A stretch of DNA of 63,258 bases, counting the filler, from Gonapodya sp. JEL0774 (taxonomy: Eukaryota), in the NCBI GenBank assembly GCA_027604505.1. It is 23 parts of 23 records of this genome, joined end to end, with 100 filler letters (N's around TTAATTAATTAA, not from the genome) between each part and the next. Parts side by side here need not be neighbours in the genome. Positions count along the whole stretch, not along the records: positions 27,619 to 30,274 come from JADIIX010001775.1; positions 30,375 to 33,030 come from JADIIX010001776.1; positions 33,131 to 35,785 come from JADIIX010001777.1; positions 35,886 to 38,540 come from JADIIX010001778.1; positions 38,641 to 41,289 come from JADIIX010001779.1; positions 41,390 to 44,038 come from JADIIX010001780.1; 17 more parts are not named here. One strand, 5' to 3'. The notes beneath the pieces are model-generated. The model saw only the letters and a program-made list of their open reading frames with translations, was not told the origin of the DNA and ran no database searches. The stretch's first letter is position 1; every line of letters begins with the position of its first letter. Positions 27,639-42,016 of the stretch are shown in pieces. The position numbers and the translations under genes were made by a program.

Positions 27639-28715
27639 TTGCCCTCATGTTTGCGGGTGTAAGTGATTGCGCTCTTTCTCTAGTTGTATACGGAGCATGA
27701 CTTTTTGCTGCTCAGCATGACACAACTGCTGGCACTCTTACTTTTGCGGCTTATGAGTTATCTCGGCTCCCTGCTTGGCAAGTTGCCATTCGCAACGAAA
27801 TCAAGGAACTCAGAAAGTCCTTGGGTTTGTCCGAGGACACCCTCCTTCCTCTCGAACCTCTGGAGGGTCTAAAATCTCTCAATGCGGTTATCAAAGAAAC
27901 TCTCAGGTGCGTGGTACTAAAGATACGTCAAGCATCACCACGAAGTCTAATTTTTGCTCTCCCTTCTAATGAAGAATGTACCCCGCAGCACCCAGCGGCG
28001 CAGGCCGAGTCGTCCACGAAGATTTCGTCGTGTCATACACGGACACCCTTACCGGTGAACAGAAGTCGGTTGAGTTTCGGAAGAATGATATGGTGAGCGG
28101 CCGGAGGTTTTAGTACTTTTGTGAGTCAATTCATATCCCTTCTTCTTTCCCGAAAATTTAGATTTCCCCATTTGTAATGGGAGCCGGACGCTCACCGGAA
28201 AACTATCTCCGTGCAGAAGTTTGGGATCCGCAGCGTTGGTGTGTTGAATCGTTTTTGATGTCATCGCATGCAGACGAGGTCGTGCTCAACGTTACTACCT
28301 TATTCCGTGATAGGATTGATGATGCTACTGGAAATGGTGGTGCTCTGAGCCCCTACGCGTATGCTCCTTTTGGAAACGGAGCTAGAAAATGTTTGGGAGA
28401 AAGACTAGCACTTGGTGAGTAGTGCAAACCGTCTCGTCAGTCGTTTTGTTCAACAACCCCAGAAGAATATCTGATCAACCCATCCTGCCGTATCCTTTCA
28501 GCGCAACTTCGTATTGTTCTGGCTTCTACCTTGGACAAGTATGATCTGTTGTTCTGCAAGGATCAGAAGGTGCCGTGCCTGTATTCGTCATCTCCTTCAT
28601 TCCCAATTCCTGATTCTCCCACCTCAACTCATACACCACATCTTAGTTTGTCGTCGCTTCCCAAGGAACGATCAAGGCCGGAAATGGAGTTTTTGTGAAA
28701 CTGGCAAAGGTGTAA
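27639..28715 (+). CDS. Cytochrome P450, C-terminal half (multi-exon)
   Basis: I-helix FAG|HDTT, K-helix KETLR, WDPQRW, heme motif PFGNGARKCLGERLA; last exon ends FVKLAKV-TAA at 28715. Confidence 0.93.
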
Positions 28716-29228
28716 ATTGGCGAAGTCAGTGGACGGAATTTGTACTTGTCAGTGCTAAGTTTAATATCCCGCATCCTGCGTATTCAATATGGACAACAGG
28801 GTGCCACAACAGGTGGGATTTCGTAACATTGTATGTATGTCCTTGCGCGGTTGAAACATCAAGAAGACGCGCATGTTCGGCTCCCCGCATCCAATCATCG
28901 CCTGTCCAATCGTCGTAGAACCGCTCATATTACTTCATTTTAAAGTATTCTTTGTGGTACCATTCAAAATTGGTTTGCAAACGTGTGCGGAGCGGACCGG
29001 TGAGTCACGACTAACATGCCGTATGCCAGTAAAATCCGTATCTGTCGCTCTAGATGCTCTTGAAGTGCCCGCCCTTCTATCCTCAAAGTGAGCAAAGAAC
29101 CAATACTGCGGCCGCGTGTCCAATCCCGCGAGCCGACAGAACTGACTCACCATAATACCCTCAAACAAAAAGCCAGGATAAATGCTCGAGACGGACTTCA
29201 ACAATCATATCTCAAATCGACATTTGAC

Positions 29229-30274
29229 ATGTCTGTCTTTACATGGATCGTCGCAGTGGCTCTCGCGTATCTGGCGGTGGAGGTGAGAGTTCGCCCAGCG
29301 CCAGACATTCCCGCCGTCTCCACGGCATTGAACGATTCGATCTTGCATTTCTCAGATTTATAGACTCGTGTTCATGACATTTAAGGGTAATGATCCCCTG
29401 ATGAAAGTTGCAAGATGGCTCTATGTTTGTTTCATGCTCACAGATTCTTTACGGTGAAACTCGATGGGCAACGTCCACAGGTGACAAGGGCGTGTACACG
29501 ATGATTGCGATCCCCTTTATCAATGAGTAGGTACCAATTATAGCTTCGTTGATCCGTGTCTGAGTGTTGAAACGTCGTGGCCTGCAGCCCACCATTATCT
29601 CGCTTGGTTGAGGTATGAAGATTTACTATTGAGGACTGCCCGACCCGAAGAATTGAATGACCTTAACCTGCATTGGATCTCGACTCCTTTGTTCGCAACC
29701 AAAGAGTGATATTATCAACGTGGAGCGACACCGACAGTCAGTGTCCCTCAAATGCGTCCCTCTCACTTCGCAATCTGATTGCCCTCCACTTCACAATTTA
29801 GGCATGGCTCGGTTATTCGTCGTATCATGGTTTCCAATCCATTTCAGCGTGTAATCTCAGTCACAAATCCGGAACTCTTGCGAGCCATCTTTGTCGGGAA
29901 GGATTGGGAGAAGTACACACGGCATCACCCATTAGTAGAGCCATTTATTCCCATCAGTGGTGGACTCATTCACCAGGCCAATGGAAGGCATTGGAGGTGA
30001 GGCTCCGTCAATGACTGCCTTCGGAATCTTGATCTTCCATTATATAATAATCCTTCATGTACGTCCAGAGATGTACGAGAGCTCTTCTCCAAAACATTCT
30101 CTACCGCAACCATTCGCCAGTATGCTCCAATCATACACGAGAACATTGCAGTTCTGCTTGACGAGCTCGCGAAGGAGAACGAAGCAAATCCCAACGGATT
30201 CGACATTCAACCCATCTACAACTTGTACACGTTCGATGTCATTGGCAGGTGGGATGCTTATGACTGGACACGCA
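29229..30274 (+). CDS. Second cytochrome P450, N-terminal part (multi-exon)
   Basis: Membrane anchor MSVFTWIVAVALAYLAVE, VTNPELLRAIF, C-helix NGRHWR|DVRELFSKTFS, E-helix YTFDVIG. Confidence 0.82.
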
Positions 30275-30374
30275 NNNNNNNNNNNNNNNNNNNNNNNNNN
30301 NNNNNNNNNNNNNNNNNNTTAATTAATTAANNNNNNNNNNNNNNNNNNNNNNNNNNNNNNNNNNNNNNNNNNNN

Positions 30375-32214
<1,840 letters not shown>

Positions 32215-32288
32215 GTGAGTAAATGCACTGCATTTATAATTTGCAATGCGACGAATTGAATCCAAGCGATACTACTTTGCGATAACAG

Positions 32289-33021
32289 AACGAATCCAAG
32301 GCGGTTCCCCCTCCTACTTCTGTTACGCCGGTTGCCGCAGCTCCTGTACCTACTCCAAAAGCGGCGCCAGCGGCTGCAACTGCTGCCCCTGCCGCTGTTG
32401 CGTCCCCTGCCAAAGAGCAGAAGGGATCAGGATTTCAAGTTCCAGTCGAGGCCCTTGGAGACGAGCTGTTCAGTGTAATTTACCACAAGAATCCGTTCAT
32501 GATCGCCCAGGTAAGACTCGGTGCGGGATAAGGGATCGTATTATACGAGAGCTTATCCAGCATTCATCAAGTCTGCGGCCGCTGCGCCTGCGCCAGCCCA
32601 AAAGCCCGCGGCGCCAGCACCTGCTCAACCAGCCAAGCCTTCCCCTGCTCCACAGCCCACCCCTGCATCTCAAGCAGCACCGGCACTCAAAGCAACCCCA
32701 GCGCCTCCTGCGCGGGCACCATCGCCAGCCAAGAAAGTTGAGGAGCCCGCCGACGAGGAGGAAGAGGAGATCGATCTCTTTGGCGACGATGACGAGGTGG
32801 ACGAGGAGGCCGAGAGGATTAAGCAGCAAAGAATCAAGGAATACGAGGATAAGAAAAAGACGAGTGAGTGCATTCATGGTGTCCTGGACTTGTGAATGCG
32901 GATTTGCCGACAACGTGAATGTAACGTGACGTCTTCAAACGTTGTCTTCTTTCCACAGAGACTGCCGTCATTGCAAAGTCTTCCATTTTGTTGGACGTCA
33001 AGCCCTGGGATGACGAAACAG
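32289..33021 (+). CDS. Pro/Ala linker plus eEF1B (beta/delta-type) acidic region and start of the GEF domain; apparently continuous with LysRS
   Basis: EEEEEIDLFGDDDEVDEEAERIKQQRIKEYEDKK, then after a phase-1 intron KTAVIAKSSILLDVKPWDDET, the eEF1B hallmark. Confidence 0.9.
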
Positions 33022-33130
33022 GTTCGTATANNNNNNNNNNNNNNNNNNNNNNNNNNNNNNNNNNNNNNNNNNNNTTAATTAATTAANNNNNNNNNNNNNN
33101 NNNNNNNNNNNNNNNNNNNNNNNNNNNNNN

Positions 33131-34669
33131 GTGCCATTGGTTCTCCAACTTCAGCATGCACGGAGTGTTCAAACTACTCAAACTGCGCCTGCGCTCACGA
33201 TCGTGGATGCTTCACCGCACCCACACCGACTTCTGCGTTTGCTGTGTTCTCTTGCTGGCATTCGCTTTGTGTCTTTGAACACACCCACCTTGCACAGTTC
33301 TTTCCCTCGCCACTCAGTCCCGCACCTCTTACCGCTGGTTAATCTCTCCCTTCCCTCTTTCCGGCGCGATCTCCGTTTCTTTTCATACATGCCTTGGGAG
33401 CAACTCAACAATCAGCTAATTGAGTTTCGCGGCGCGTGTGGTGTAGCAAACGTACTTGATCGAGTGTTGCTGCTCCCCAAAGTGGGGTTCAGACAAGAGA
33501 GCGGTGGTCATCAGCAAGAGTGGAACTTTTCGTTTGATGTGGAAAGTTTCCAGTGGGAGGAATGGGACAGATACTTTGACTTGGAACCTCCTACACCCAC
33601 GATGGAGACTGTGTTCGGTAATGAACGGCGACTAAACCACACACCACCTCGTATCTCCAGTACATCAGCTGTTTCTTGTCGAGTTATTACACTGGACAAC
33701 CTGATCGGACTATATTACGATGATCCGGATTCGTTGCGAGTTGGAGAGCTCCTCAACAATCCAATAGCACGAGCGACAAATGAAGAACAATTGCGCCAGT
33801 ATTACGGGACTGTTCTGGACATTCGTCATGGTCTGGTACGAACTTCACCCCAGCGGCTTCAGTTTCTGTCAAAAGAAGAAGTTATCGGCTCCTTGGGCGA
33901 CCTGGAACACCAACGAATGCCAGTTATCGCATTTGGTGCGAGCTTTTGGCTCTATGACTTCGGAAAAGAGCCACAAGAGTATCCACTTAAACATTTCGCA
34001 GACTATATGGACTCAGCCGAGTATAGGGATGTGGTGATTGGCATGAAGTGGCGTCCAGACATCACCGAGCTTGCTCGAGCACTTCGTCACACAATTGGAC
34101 AATTGCGCAACGGTGAATTATTTGTGGCTGTGCACGTTCGGCAAGGCGATTACCAAGCAAAGTGCGATGCGATAAGGCAAGCCGACTTGCGGGAGCACTG
34201 CTATCCGAGTGCAGCTCGAATGAAGATCGTCATTTCTGAAGCTATCGCTCAGTATTTACGAACCGCAGGAGGTCTCGAAAAACTCGACATTAAAAGTATC
34301 AAACTCTATATCGCAACAAACCCTGGCACTGACAAAACTCTTTTGACCCGGGATCTCTCAATGAACTCGGCCCAAAGCAGGTCAATTGGTGGATGGCCCG
34401 CGGCACCGTCTGAAATTTTGTTCGTTGACGATCTCTTTCGAACTTTCTCGACTAAACGGCGTTCGGGAAACCAGATCCCCCCGAACTCTCAATCGCCATA
34501 CAGGTCAATTTCTCCGCTTCGGACACTCGATCCTATTGAGCGTGTACTGCTGGACATTGAGTTGGGTGTTCTAGCGGACATATTTATTGGTAACTATTTT
34601 AGCTCCCTCACTCGTACAATTATTGAGCGACGAGCCCTAGACGGAGGTCGAGGGAGCTTGACATTCTGA
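33131..34669 (+). CDS. GDP-fucose protein O-fucosyltransferase-like glycosyltransferase, 5' truncated
   Basis: EQLNNQLIEF...ANVLDRVLLLP, FVAVHVRQGDY, LYIATN, LDIELGVLADIFIGNYFSSLTRTIIERR. Confidence 0.8.
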   Translation: MPLVLQLQHARSVQTTQTAPALTIVDASPHPHRLLRLLCSLAGIRFVSLNTPTLHSSFPRHSVPHLLPLVNLSLPSFRRDLRFFSYMPWEQLNNQLIEFRGACGVANVLDRVLLLPKVGFRQESGGHQQEWNFSFDVESFQWEEWDRYFDLEPPTPTMETVFGNERRLNHTPPRISSTSAVSCRVITLDNLIGLYYDDPDSLRVGELLNNPIARATNEEQLRQYYGTVLDIRHGLVRTSPQRLQFLSKEEVIGSLGDLEHQRMPVIAFGASFWLYDFGKEPQEYPLKHFADYMDSAEYRDVVIGMKWRPDITELARALRHTIGQLRNGELFVAVHVRQGDYQAKCDAIRQADLREHCYPSAARMKIVISEAIAQYLRTAGGLEKLDIKSIKLYIATNPGTDKTLLTRDLSMNSAQSRSIGGWPAAPSEILFVDDLFRTFSTKRRSGNQIPPNSQSPYRSISPLRTLDPIERVLLDIELGVLADIFIGNYFSSLTRTIIERRALDGGRGSLTF

Positions 34670-34844
34670 CAGAAAGTATCGCTAGAACCATTGTACACAT
34701 GGTACTACATGACGCGCTGCAGCGACGGCAATCAAATCAGAGCCATGTACTTGGAATTCATTATGACTGGCATCAAAAGTCTGTAGATGGCAGCTTCCCT
34801 ACAAAGAGTGTAGGATTCCCCAGTGACTGCTACAATCGTGATGA

Positions 34845-35785
34845 TCACTTGGTCACATTCACGCCGTACGTTGACAAGCACGACTCATTCCACACGGTCC
34901 AAGGCACGTCATCTTCATCACGACCCCGACACGCCTCCGCCGCAATTCCAATAACATGAAGCTGTTGGCATACCAAATGGAGGAAATGAGTGTGGATTCT
35001 CTTTGATGACCCTGATATTGTTGGGGCCCGCTCCCTCTCGGACGCTAAGAAGACTCTTTGAGCACCGAGTGCGGCGAAAAACGCAGCGAACGCATGAGCC
35101 GCATCTACAACGTCTAATGGCTTGGATGAAGTAATCGGGTTCTCGGAGATGTGAAGCAGTACCTCTTCAAGGAATGGGAATATGTGCGCTAGATCCTCCC
35201 CCAGAGAAGAAAGAGAGTCAAAGTTCACTGCTGGAATAGTCGCGTGCAGTCGCAACCTCCGAACGGAGAGGTATCGCCGATTCGGTGCTTTGAGGTACGA
35301 TCGGCCGGACGGATTGACAAGTGCTTCCACAAGCGGTGTGCCAAAGTCCACGAGGTTATGAAAAAGATGGGAAGGGAAGCTGGTGATTGGCAAAGGGTTG
35401 CCCACAAACGCCCGCTCCATTGGAATGTCCCATCTCAGCTCGCGAATGTTCGCCGCCGCAACGGCGGACAAGGAATCCCTGTCCAGTGCTGTGGGCAGCC
35501 TCCACCCTGCATTATCTCCAATGAGGTGCATTGCTGTTGCTTGAGGGCACAGACGCAAAGGATGTACGGATGCGAACCTGTGTGCATCGGCAAGGGATTC
35601 GCAATCCGCCATGACTCGGACTGAAGGAAACCCACGCGCACCAGGTCCGAATCCCGAAAAATTGCGCGCGAAGTACGCATCACCATGTATACGGAGCGGC
35701 TCGATCAGGCGAATGGCGTCGGCGAGCTGCTTGTAATGATGGTAGAGCGAAGGAGATCGAAGAGCAGGACCGCTGCAGTCAACTA
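34845..35785 (-). CDS. Hypothetical protein with degenerate LRR-like segments, 5' truncated
   Basis: Frame open from near the contig end to the stop at 34845; ANIRELRW, SVRRLRLH, IFPFLEEVLL. Confidence 0.45.
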
Positions 35786-35901
35786 NNNNNNNNNNNNNNN
35801 NNNNNNNNNNNNNNNNNNNNNNNNNNNNNTTAATTAATTAANNNNNNNNNNNNNNNNNNNNNNNNNNNNNNNNNNNNNNNNNNNNAAATGCGATAGCAGA
35901 C

Positions 35902-38540
35902 ATGGCGTCCGCCGCGGAGGATTCGCCGATCATGGACTTTCTCAACACATTCGCGTATGTTGAACCGGAGGGGAGCACGCCTCCATCTACCGAGCCTGTG
36001 ATGGTGGGAAATTCGCATGTAAATCTGCACCTGAATGAAGGAGAGGTCCAGTTGAGGTGGACAGGGAATGGCTTTTCGCAGATGACTTCGATGATCGCCG
36101 GTGGAAATTTGTCGCAGGCAGGTTCAGATGAATATGATGATGACGATGAACTGTTGGACAGCTCTGATGGCGAAGAAGAGGATCGTAAAGACGTGTTGGT
36201 GTCGGGATCGGAACGTCCATGCAATGGGCAATCGGTGTCCAATCCTCACACGTCATTGGAGTATGCCGTGGATCGGGAGCGATTTGGAACGGTAACAAAG
36301 CGTAAGCGACGTACAAAAGGTAGCGGCACACATGGAGGAAGGGATGGGAGGCCGTTTGTGTGCGAACAGTGCGGGAAAAAGTTTTTACGAAGGTACTTTA
36401 CAGACTGATCGATCACTGCCGTGGGGTATCAAGTTCACCTCCCACTTGACGTCACAGCGAGCACAAATCACGTCACATTCGCATTCACACGGGCGAGAGA
36501 CCTTTGTATGTTTCTGAGTTCTCTTTGAGTCCACTCGCCGCCACTGACGTGGAATGGTGGTGTTGACCTCACCACCACTTTCTTCATTAACACAGTATAT
36601 GTGTCGATCCTAGCTGTGGAAAAAGGTGCGCTCCGAAGCCGTTCATGTGCCTGGCGAATTGGACGTGCTGGCTGACCATTTCTCCACGCATCCTCTAGTT
36701 TCACCCGCTCCGATGAGCTCCGGCGTCATACCCGAACTCACAATCACTCCCAGCATACCCCCACGTTTACGGAGGCAACCACCGGGAACTCCTTCTATTC
36801 CGTGCCTGGCGTAGATAATGTTGCCTCGAGCCAACCAGGGCCGAGGACACCCAAGGCCCGGTCGAAGAGCAAATCCCTCAATACGATCTCCTGGGTACCT
36901 TATCAGTTCCCGGACTCGAATAATGCATCTCTATCCTCCGATCTGCTCCCACAACGACCTGTCCCCGCAGAGGAGCAGGACCCGACTTTGCACTCATCTC
37001 CGTCTGCACCTGCAGAACACTTCGCAACCATGCATACACTGTCGCAACGACCTCTTGCTCACGTGAAGCGTCCTTCTGTGCGTCTCATGGACATGATCGC
37101 GGACGGGCCACATCCCTCTCTTCTGTCTCCATCCACGATGCCACCTGTCATAGTGTTTTCCGAGCCCGGAGTTCAGTACCCCCTTTATCGCTCTGTTTCT
37201 CAAACAGCAGTTCATGCCTCTGCTCCTTCGGCGCAAGCGGCACCTCTGACCCCACCTGAGCGCCCCGAGTCCGCCAAACAGCTGCAGTTGGAGGAATCGA
37301 GCGGTTCGTTCCCGTGTGGACACGCCCGATGTGACAAGGTGTTTACGCGTCCGTCGCACTTGTCTCGCCACATGCGCACCGCCCACGGTGCTGCGGCGTC
37401 CGCGTCGGCGGTGATGGAGGGTTTCGTGTGCACCGAGGCCGGATGCGGAAAGAAATTTGCGGGGCTAGATCTGTGGAAGAAGCATGTGGAAGCCGTGCAC
37501 GTGGCGAAGGTCATACCAGCTTCGCATCCTGTGATGTCTTCTCCACCCGGATCGGCGAGGGTTCCACCACCTCGCCGTCCACCATCGGTCCTCGGACATA
37601 CGTCTCAATCGAATGTGGACCATGGGGGCTTTCCTCTACCGCAACCACGACAGTTCCAGTACTCGGCTCTGATGCCTTCCATCCAGCCTGTCTTGTTGGC
37701 CACTTCCGAATTTCTGCAACCTGTCTCGCCACCCATACCGAGCAGCTTCTTTCGCACACCATCAACAGCCTCCCCAACGTCCACAGATTTCACATCATTT
37801 AACCAGGTTGAGCCAGTGAGATCTACTTATCCATCGGTATGTTGCAATTCAATGACCGGGTTTCATTTGGAAGTGTTGAATCACATGGACTATGTGCTGC
37901 AGCATCCATTCCAAGCTCCTTCACCGACCGCTCTCCGCCAGTTCGCCTTCTCTGCCCCGCCACCCGGCGCGCTTCTTGCGGCGCTCCGCTTGCAGGAGGA
38001 GAATGAAGGGGCAAAAAGCAGCGGTTTCACTGGCCATTCAACAGGCGAGCCTATAGATTCGGATATGGCTTGGCTGCAATCAACTTTCGGTGCTCGGGAT
38101 TATGATGGAGAAGCTGAAACTGTCCCAGTGAAGCTAGAACCCGGGAAAACGAGCATTCCGACGACATCACACCTTGATGACTTCGTAGGATCTTCTGATC
38201 GTGCAGGCATTAAGATCGAGCCACGGAGCTTCAGGTTGAAATGCGTGCCGCCCTCTCCGCGGATGCATATCGCTCACCCACAACTGCAAGACCTGGACTT
38301 GTACTTGGACGACTTGGATGCTTCTCTCCACCAAAGACTTCGCCGTGCCCAAGTACAAGCGCAAGCTAAGAATCAAGCCCAGTCACATTTTCACGAAGAA
38401 GCACGGTTTGTGGTGCATCGGCCCACACCGATACGGATGCCACCTGCCATTCTTGGTTCTATGCAGAGTCAGGAAGTCCACGCAACTGGGAGTCAACAGG
38501 GAGGAAAGATCACGGAACGTCGCTTTCTTATCAATCTCAC
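35902..38540 (+). CDS. C2H2 zinc-finger transcription factor, 3' truncated
   Basis: RPFVCEQCGKKFLR|REHKSRHIRIHTGERP, YVCVDPSCGK, FPCGHARCDKVFTRPSHLSRHMRTAH, FVCTEAGCGKKF...HVEAVH. Confidence 0.9.
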
Positions 38541-38640
38541 NNNNNNNNNNNNNNNNNNNNNNNNNNNNNNNNNNNNNNNNNNNNTTAATTAATTAANNNN
38601 NNNNNNNNNNNNNNNNNNNNNNNNNNNNNNNNNNNNNNNN

Positions 38641-40055
38641 TACCTGGACGGCATCGTGGTGGGGTGGTACAGGGGGTTGCCCGAGGACACCAGGAACTTG
38701 TCCAAGAGGGCGGGCGAGGAAGGACGCAAGGGGTTTTTGGAAAGCGCGTACATGTTGATGTTGTTTTACGCCATGAGGGGTGAGTAGGTGGGGGCCGTGC
38801 GTGGGGTGGGGGGAAGGAGTGGGGTCATGTCCTCCGAGATTCGGATGCTCAAATCGCAATTGTACGTGGTTCCCTCTCCCCGCCCCAACCCCCCGACGCC
38901 CGCCCCCACCGCCCAGTCTTCCTCAACGGCCCGTCCACCGTCCTCGCCACCGAAGGACTCGTCCAGTCCAGCCCCGTAGAACTCCACGCCTGGATGTCCA
39001 CCCCGTGCTTCCTCATCTCGACCACCAGCGCCGGCAACATCTCGCGTGTGCTGGAATCCGTCCTGGACATGGAGGGCGACCGCGGCATGGACTTTGCCAG
39101 CCCTTTGCTCTGGTCGTGTATTTGGAAGTCGTCTGTGGTCAGAGCGGTCTCGGTCAGAGCGGTCCGCGTGTTCTCGGGCGTGTCGGTCAATGGCCGCACC
39201 GCGACGGCCCCGGCGGCAGCCCAGGGGATCGACCCGGCCGCCGTGGTGGCAAGGGAGACGAGGGAGCTGGCGGCGTTCCGGAGGGCCGTGTACGCCATTC
39301 GCAAGTGGTGGGTGCCCACCAGCGAGGCCAGGTCCAAGCGGGCGTTTTTCGAACAGGTGTTCCACGAGGTGGGGTTCCCCGTGGGGTGGAAGCCCAACCC
39401 AACCGATATCCCCGACGACGACGACGAAGAGAGGGTCGCCAAGATGGCGGCGGTGGTGGTGGTGAGGGAGGAAGCTTCGGTGCCCCCGTCTGAGGCCGGG
39501 CAAAACCATTCCGCACACGGGTCGCCGGGGTCCTTGGACGGGGTGCCGAGACCGTACCCCGTGCACCCCCTGAGCTGGCCTGAGCAGTTGGCCGGTGTGA
39601 ACGGCATGTTTGGGTCCGCGAATGGCGCTGGCGCTGGTGGCGGCGGTGGCGGTGGCCCGCCTGGGTCTGTCCAAGGAGGGGAGTCGACGGATTACACGTC
39701 GGACATGGACGATCTGGACGTGCAGAGGGCGCTGCAGGACGCGCAGCACTACGAGCTGGCCGTCACGCCGGCCGCGGGTGTCTCTACCCCGCCGGCCATT
39801 GGGATCGGCGAGTGGGACTTGCAGTTCACCTTTGCTGGGTCGGACATCAACGCGCCGGGCACGCCCGCTGGTGGTGGTCAATCGAGTGTGGATCCGCCGG
39901 CGGCGGCTCAGGTGGATGCACTGTCGGGAGGTCAGTCGACGTGGAGGTCTGGGATCAGTGGGGGTATGTACGGGTATCTGGGCTCGCCAGGGCTCGGGCT
40001 GACGTCGCCGGCCCCCTCGTGGGGTGGGGATGGGCAGGGCGAGGTGTTTGGATGA
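38641..40055 (+). CDS. Probable fungal transcription factor, C-terminal part (middle-homology-region-like plus acidic/Gly tail)
   Basis: YLDGIVVGWYRGLPE...YMLMLFYAMR|, AWMSTPCFLISTTSAGNISRVLE, AIRKWWVP; strongly GC3-biased codons in this frame. Confidence 0.5.
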
Positions 40056-40853
40056 CGGACGATGGGGAGGCCGAATCGCGAACAGCGGGGTCAGCGGACA
40101 GTTTTATCGGCCCATGGTGTGTTTGAGGCAACCACGTACACGGTATCGTGGAAAGTCTGCCTCAAATGATCAACTTTTTGGGAGACCTGAAGTGCCACGG
40201 GGAGTAACGAAATGAAGTGCCAATTCGTGCATATTGGAGGACGAGGCTTTTGTGATTGTGTGTGAGTGTGTTTGTTTGCAGCGCGACGGCGTGCCAGCAA
40301 CCCATTTATGAAGCAGTAGTATGTGTTGCAATTCTGCACCGAACATGCGGCTTTTATAGAGTGAATATGGGGACTTTTGTTACCAACTTTGCTTCTCCTG
40401 TAACATATCCGATTTATGGAATACAACTATTCCGTCGAGATGACCGAGGAACAGCCGGGCTGATGGTCCTGAACAGATGGCGCAAGCACACGATATACTG
40501 GGTGCATTCACCTCACCAGCAAACCGTCCAGAGGATGCAGAAATGCGCAGCAGGCAATAGAAGCTGAGTACATCTTCGCATTTCGCTCTGACACGTCTTT
40601 CACCCAAGAAATAAATAGAATTGTGAATATTGTGTCGATTCCCGCTTTGGAATATCCTTTCCGAGTTTTGGTTTATTTCATTTATTTATGATTCTCCCTT
40701 TTTTTACAGTGTAATGTGAGTCATCATTGTCCTCAGGAGGCTTGGGCACTACTAAAACACGTTTTCCTTGTCCTTGATAAATCCAGAAAACCGAATCGGA
40801 TTCTCGTTGTTTCGCCTTTGTCATCCATCGCATCCACAATCTCCAACTGAAAA

Positions 40854-41128
40854 ATGGTCTCTGCAGAACAAGCCCGTCTGCTCAAGCAAAACTGGAAGGC
40901 AATATCAACCGTACGTCTTTCCCCCGCGCTGTTCGTCGCCCATCGTCTCCTTCTCCAAATCCCCAATCTACTCTCTTTCACAGTCTTCCGTGGCGAACCC
41001 CATCATGCACGTCGTCGCTCAGTTTTACAAGCGGCTCATCCGGAAGAAGGGCATGAAGCGCATCTTTGACGGCGTGGATATCGAGCTGCAGTATTTCAAG
41101 ATGCAAGGAGCTTTGACGGCGTGTGTTG
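40854..41128 (+). CDS. Globin domain (flavohemoglobin/single-domain globin type), first two exons
   Basis: Exons 40854-40910 and 40984-41128 give MVSAEQARLLKQNWKAIST|SSVANPIMHVVAQFYKRLIRKKGMKRIFDGVDIELQYFKMQGALTACV: A12 Trp, B9-B10 FY, CD1 Phe, E7 Gln. Confidence 0.75.
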
Positions 41129-41464
41129 GTGAGTTTTCCGAGGAGATGGAGGTGGAGTGTGGGGGAGTTGGAGTTTGTTTGATTCAATGAGGACCAATAA
41201 GCGTCCGATCCCCCCGGGACTCTGGAAGTTGAGAGAGCGGAGTGAACAGACTTCAATCCCATCTTCAAGCAACATGATTGTCCCTTGGGNNNNNNNNNNN
41301 NNNNNNNNNNNNNNNNNNNNNNNNNNNNNNNNNTTAATTAATTAANNNNNNNNNNNNNNNNNNNNNNNNNNNNNNNNNNNNNNNNNNNNTCCCCGACAAG
41401 CGGAAACAATTCATTCAATCTGCTATTCCATTGTAGCATCATCACAGAACATTCAAGTCTCACC

Positions 41465-41700
41465 TTCTCCTTGTCCGCGGCCTTCCCACCAGATCCGAAA
41501 GTTGGTCGGGAAGCATCCAGGGAGATGGGCCTCTTGCCAGCACCACTGTTCTGCACCGCTCCCGAAGATTTAGGTGCAAGCTTCCTGGCTTCCGCTTTTG
41601 TCGTCGTCTTGAGTAGACGAGCTACGCGGGGAAGGGAGATTGCGGCGGCGGGAACTAGTCGGGTGGAGAGGGAGGGACAGCGGGCGACAGCGGGAATCAT
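41465..41700 (-). CDS. First exon of an unidentified, probably mitochondrially targeted protein
   Basis: MIPAVARCPSLSTRLVPAAAISLPRVARLLKTT is basic and acid-free; GTGAG donor after ...ADKEK. Confidence 0.4.
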
Positions 41701-42016
41701 CTCCGTATGGGGGAGTATGCTGATGGTTGGAGGTGTAATAGGTGCTTTGTTTGGTGAATGAATTGATGATCGTCCCAGGAGATGTCAAGAGAAAATTCCG
41801 TTAGCAGGGGAGATGGGCTGGCTGGTTTCTTGGTGCTGACACTCCTCGCCGCCCCGAGCAACCCGAAGGATCTGCACCGGTACGGGAGCCTATCATTTAC
41901 GCGTCTTCATTGAAATTAACAAGATAAAAGAACAAAATTTATCTAGACACAGTATGTACATCATAACGTGGGAAACACCAATCGAAATGACAAGCACAAC
42001 AACGAGTTAAATTAAG

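Noticed and set aside
38766..39881. Long antisense ORFs (371 aa and 252 aa) over the GC-rich gene
   Set aside because: Expected shadow ORFs from high GC3 codon bias; no recognisable domains.
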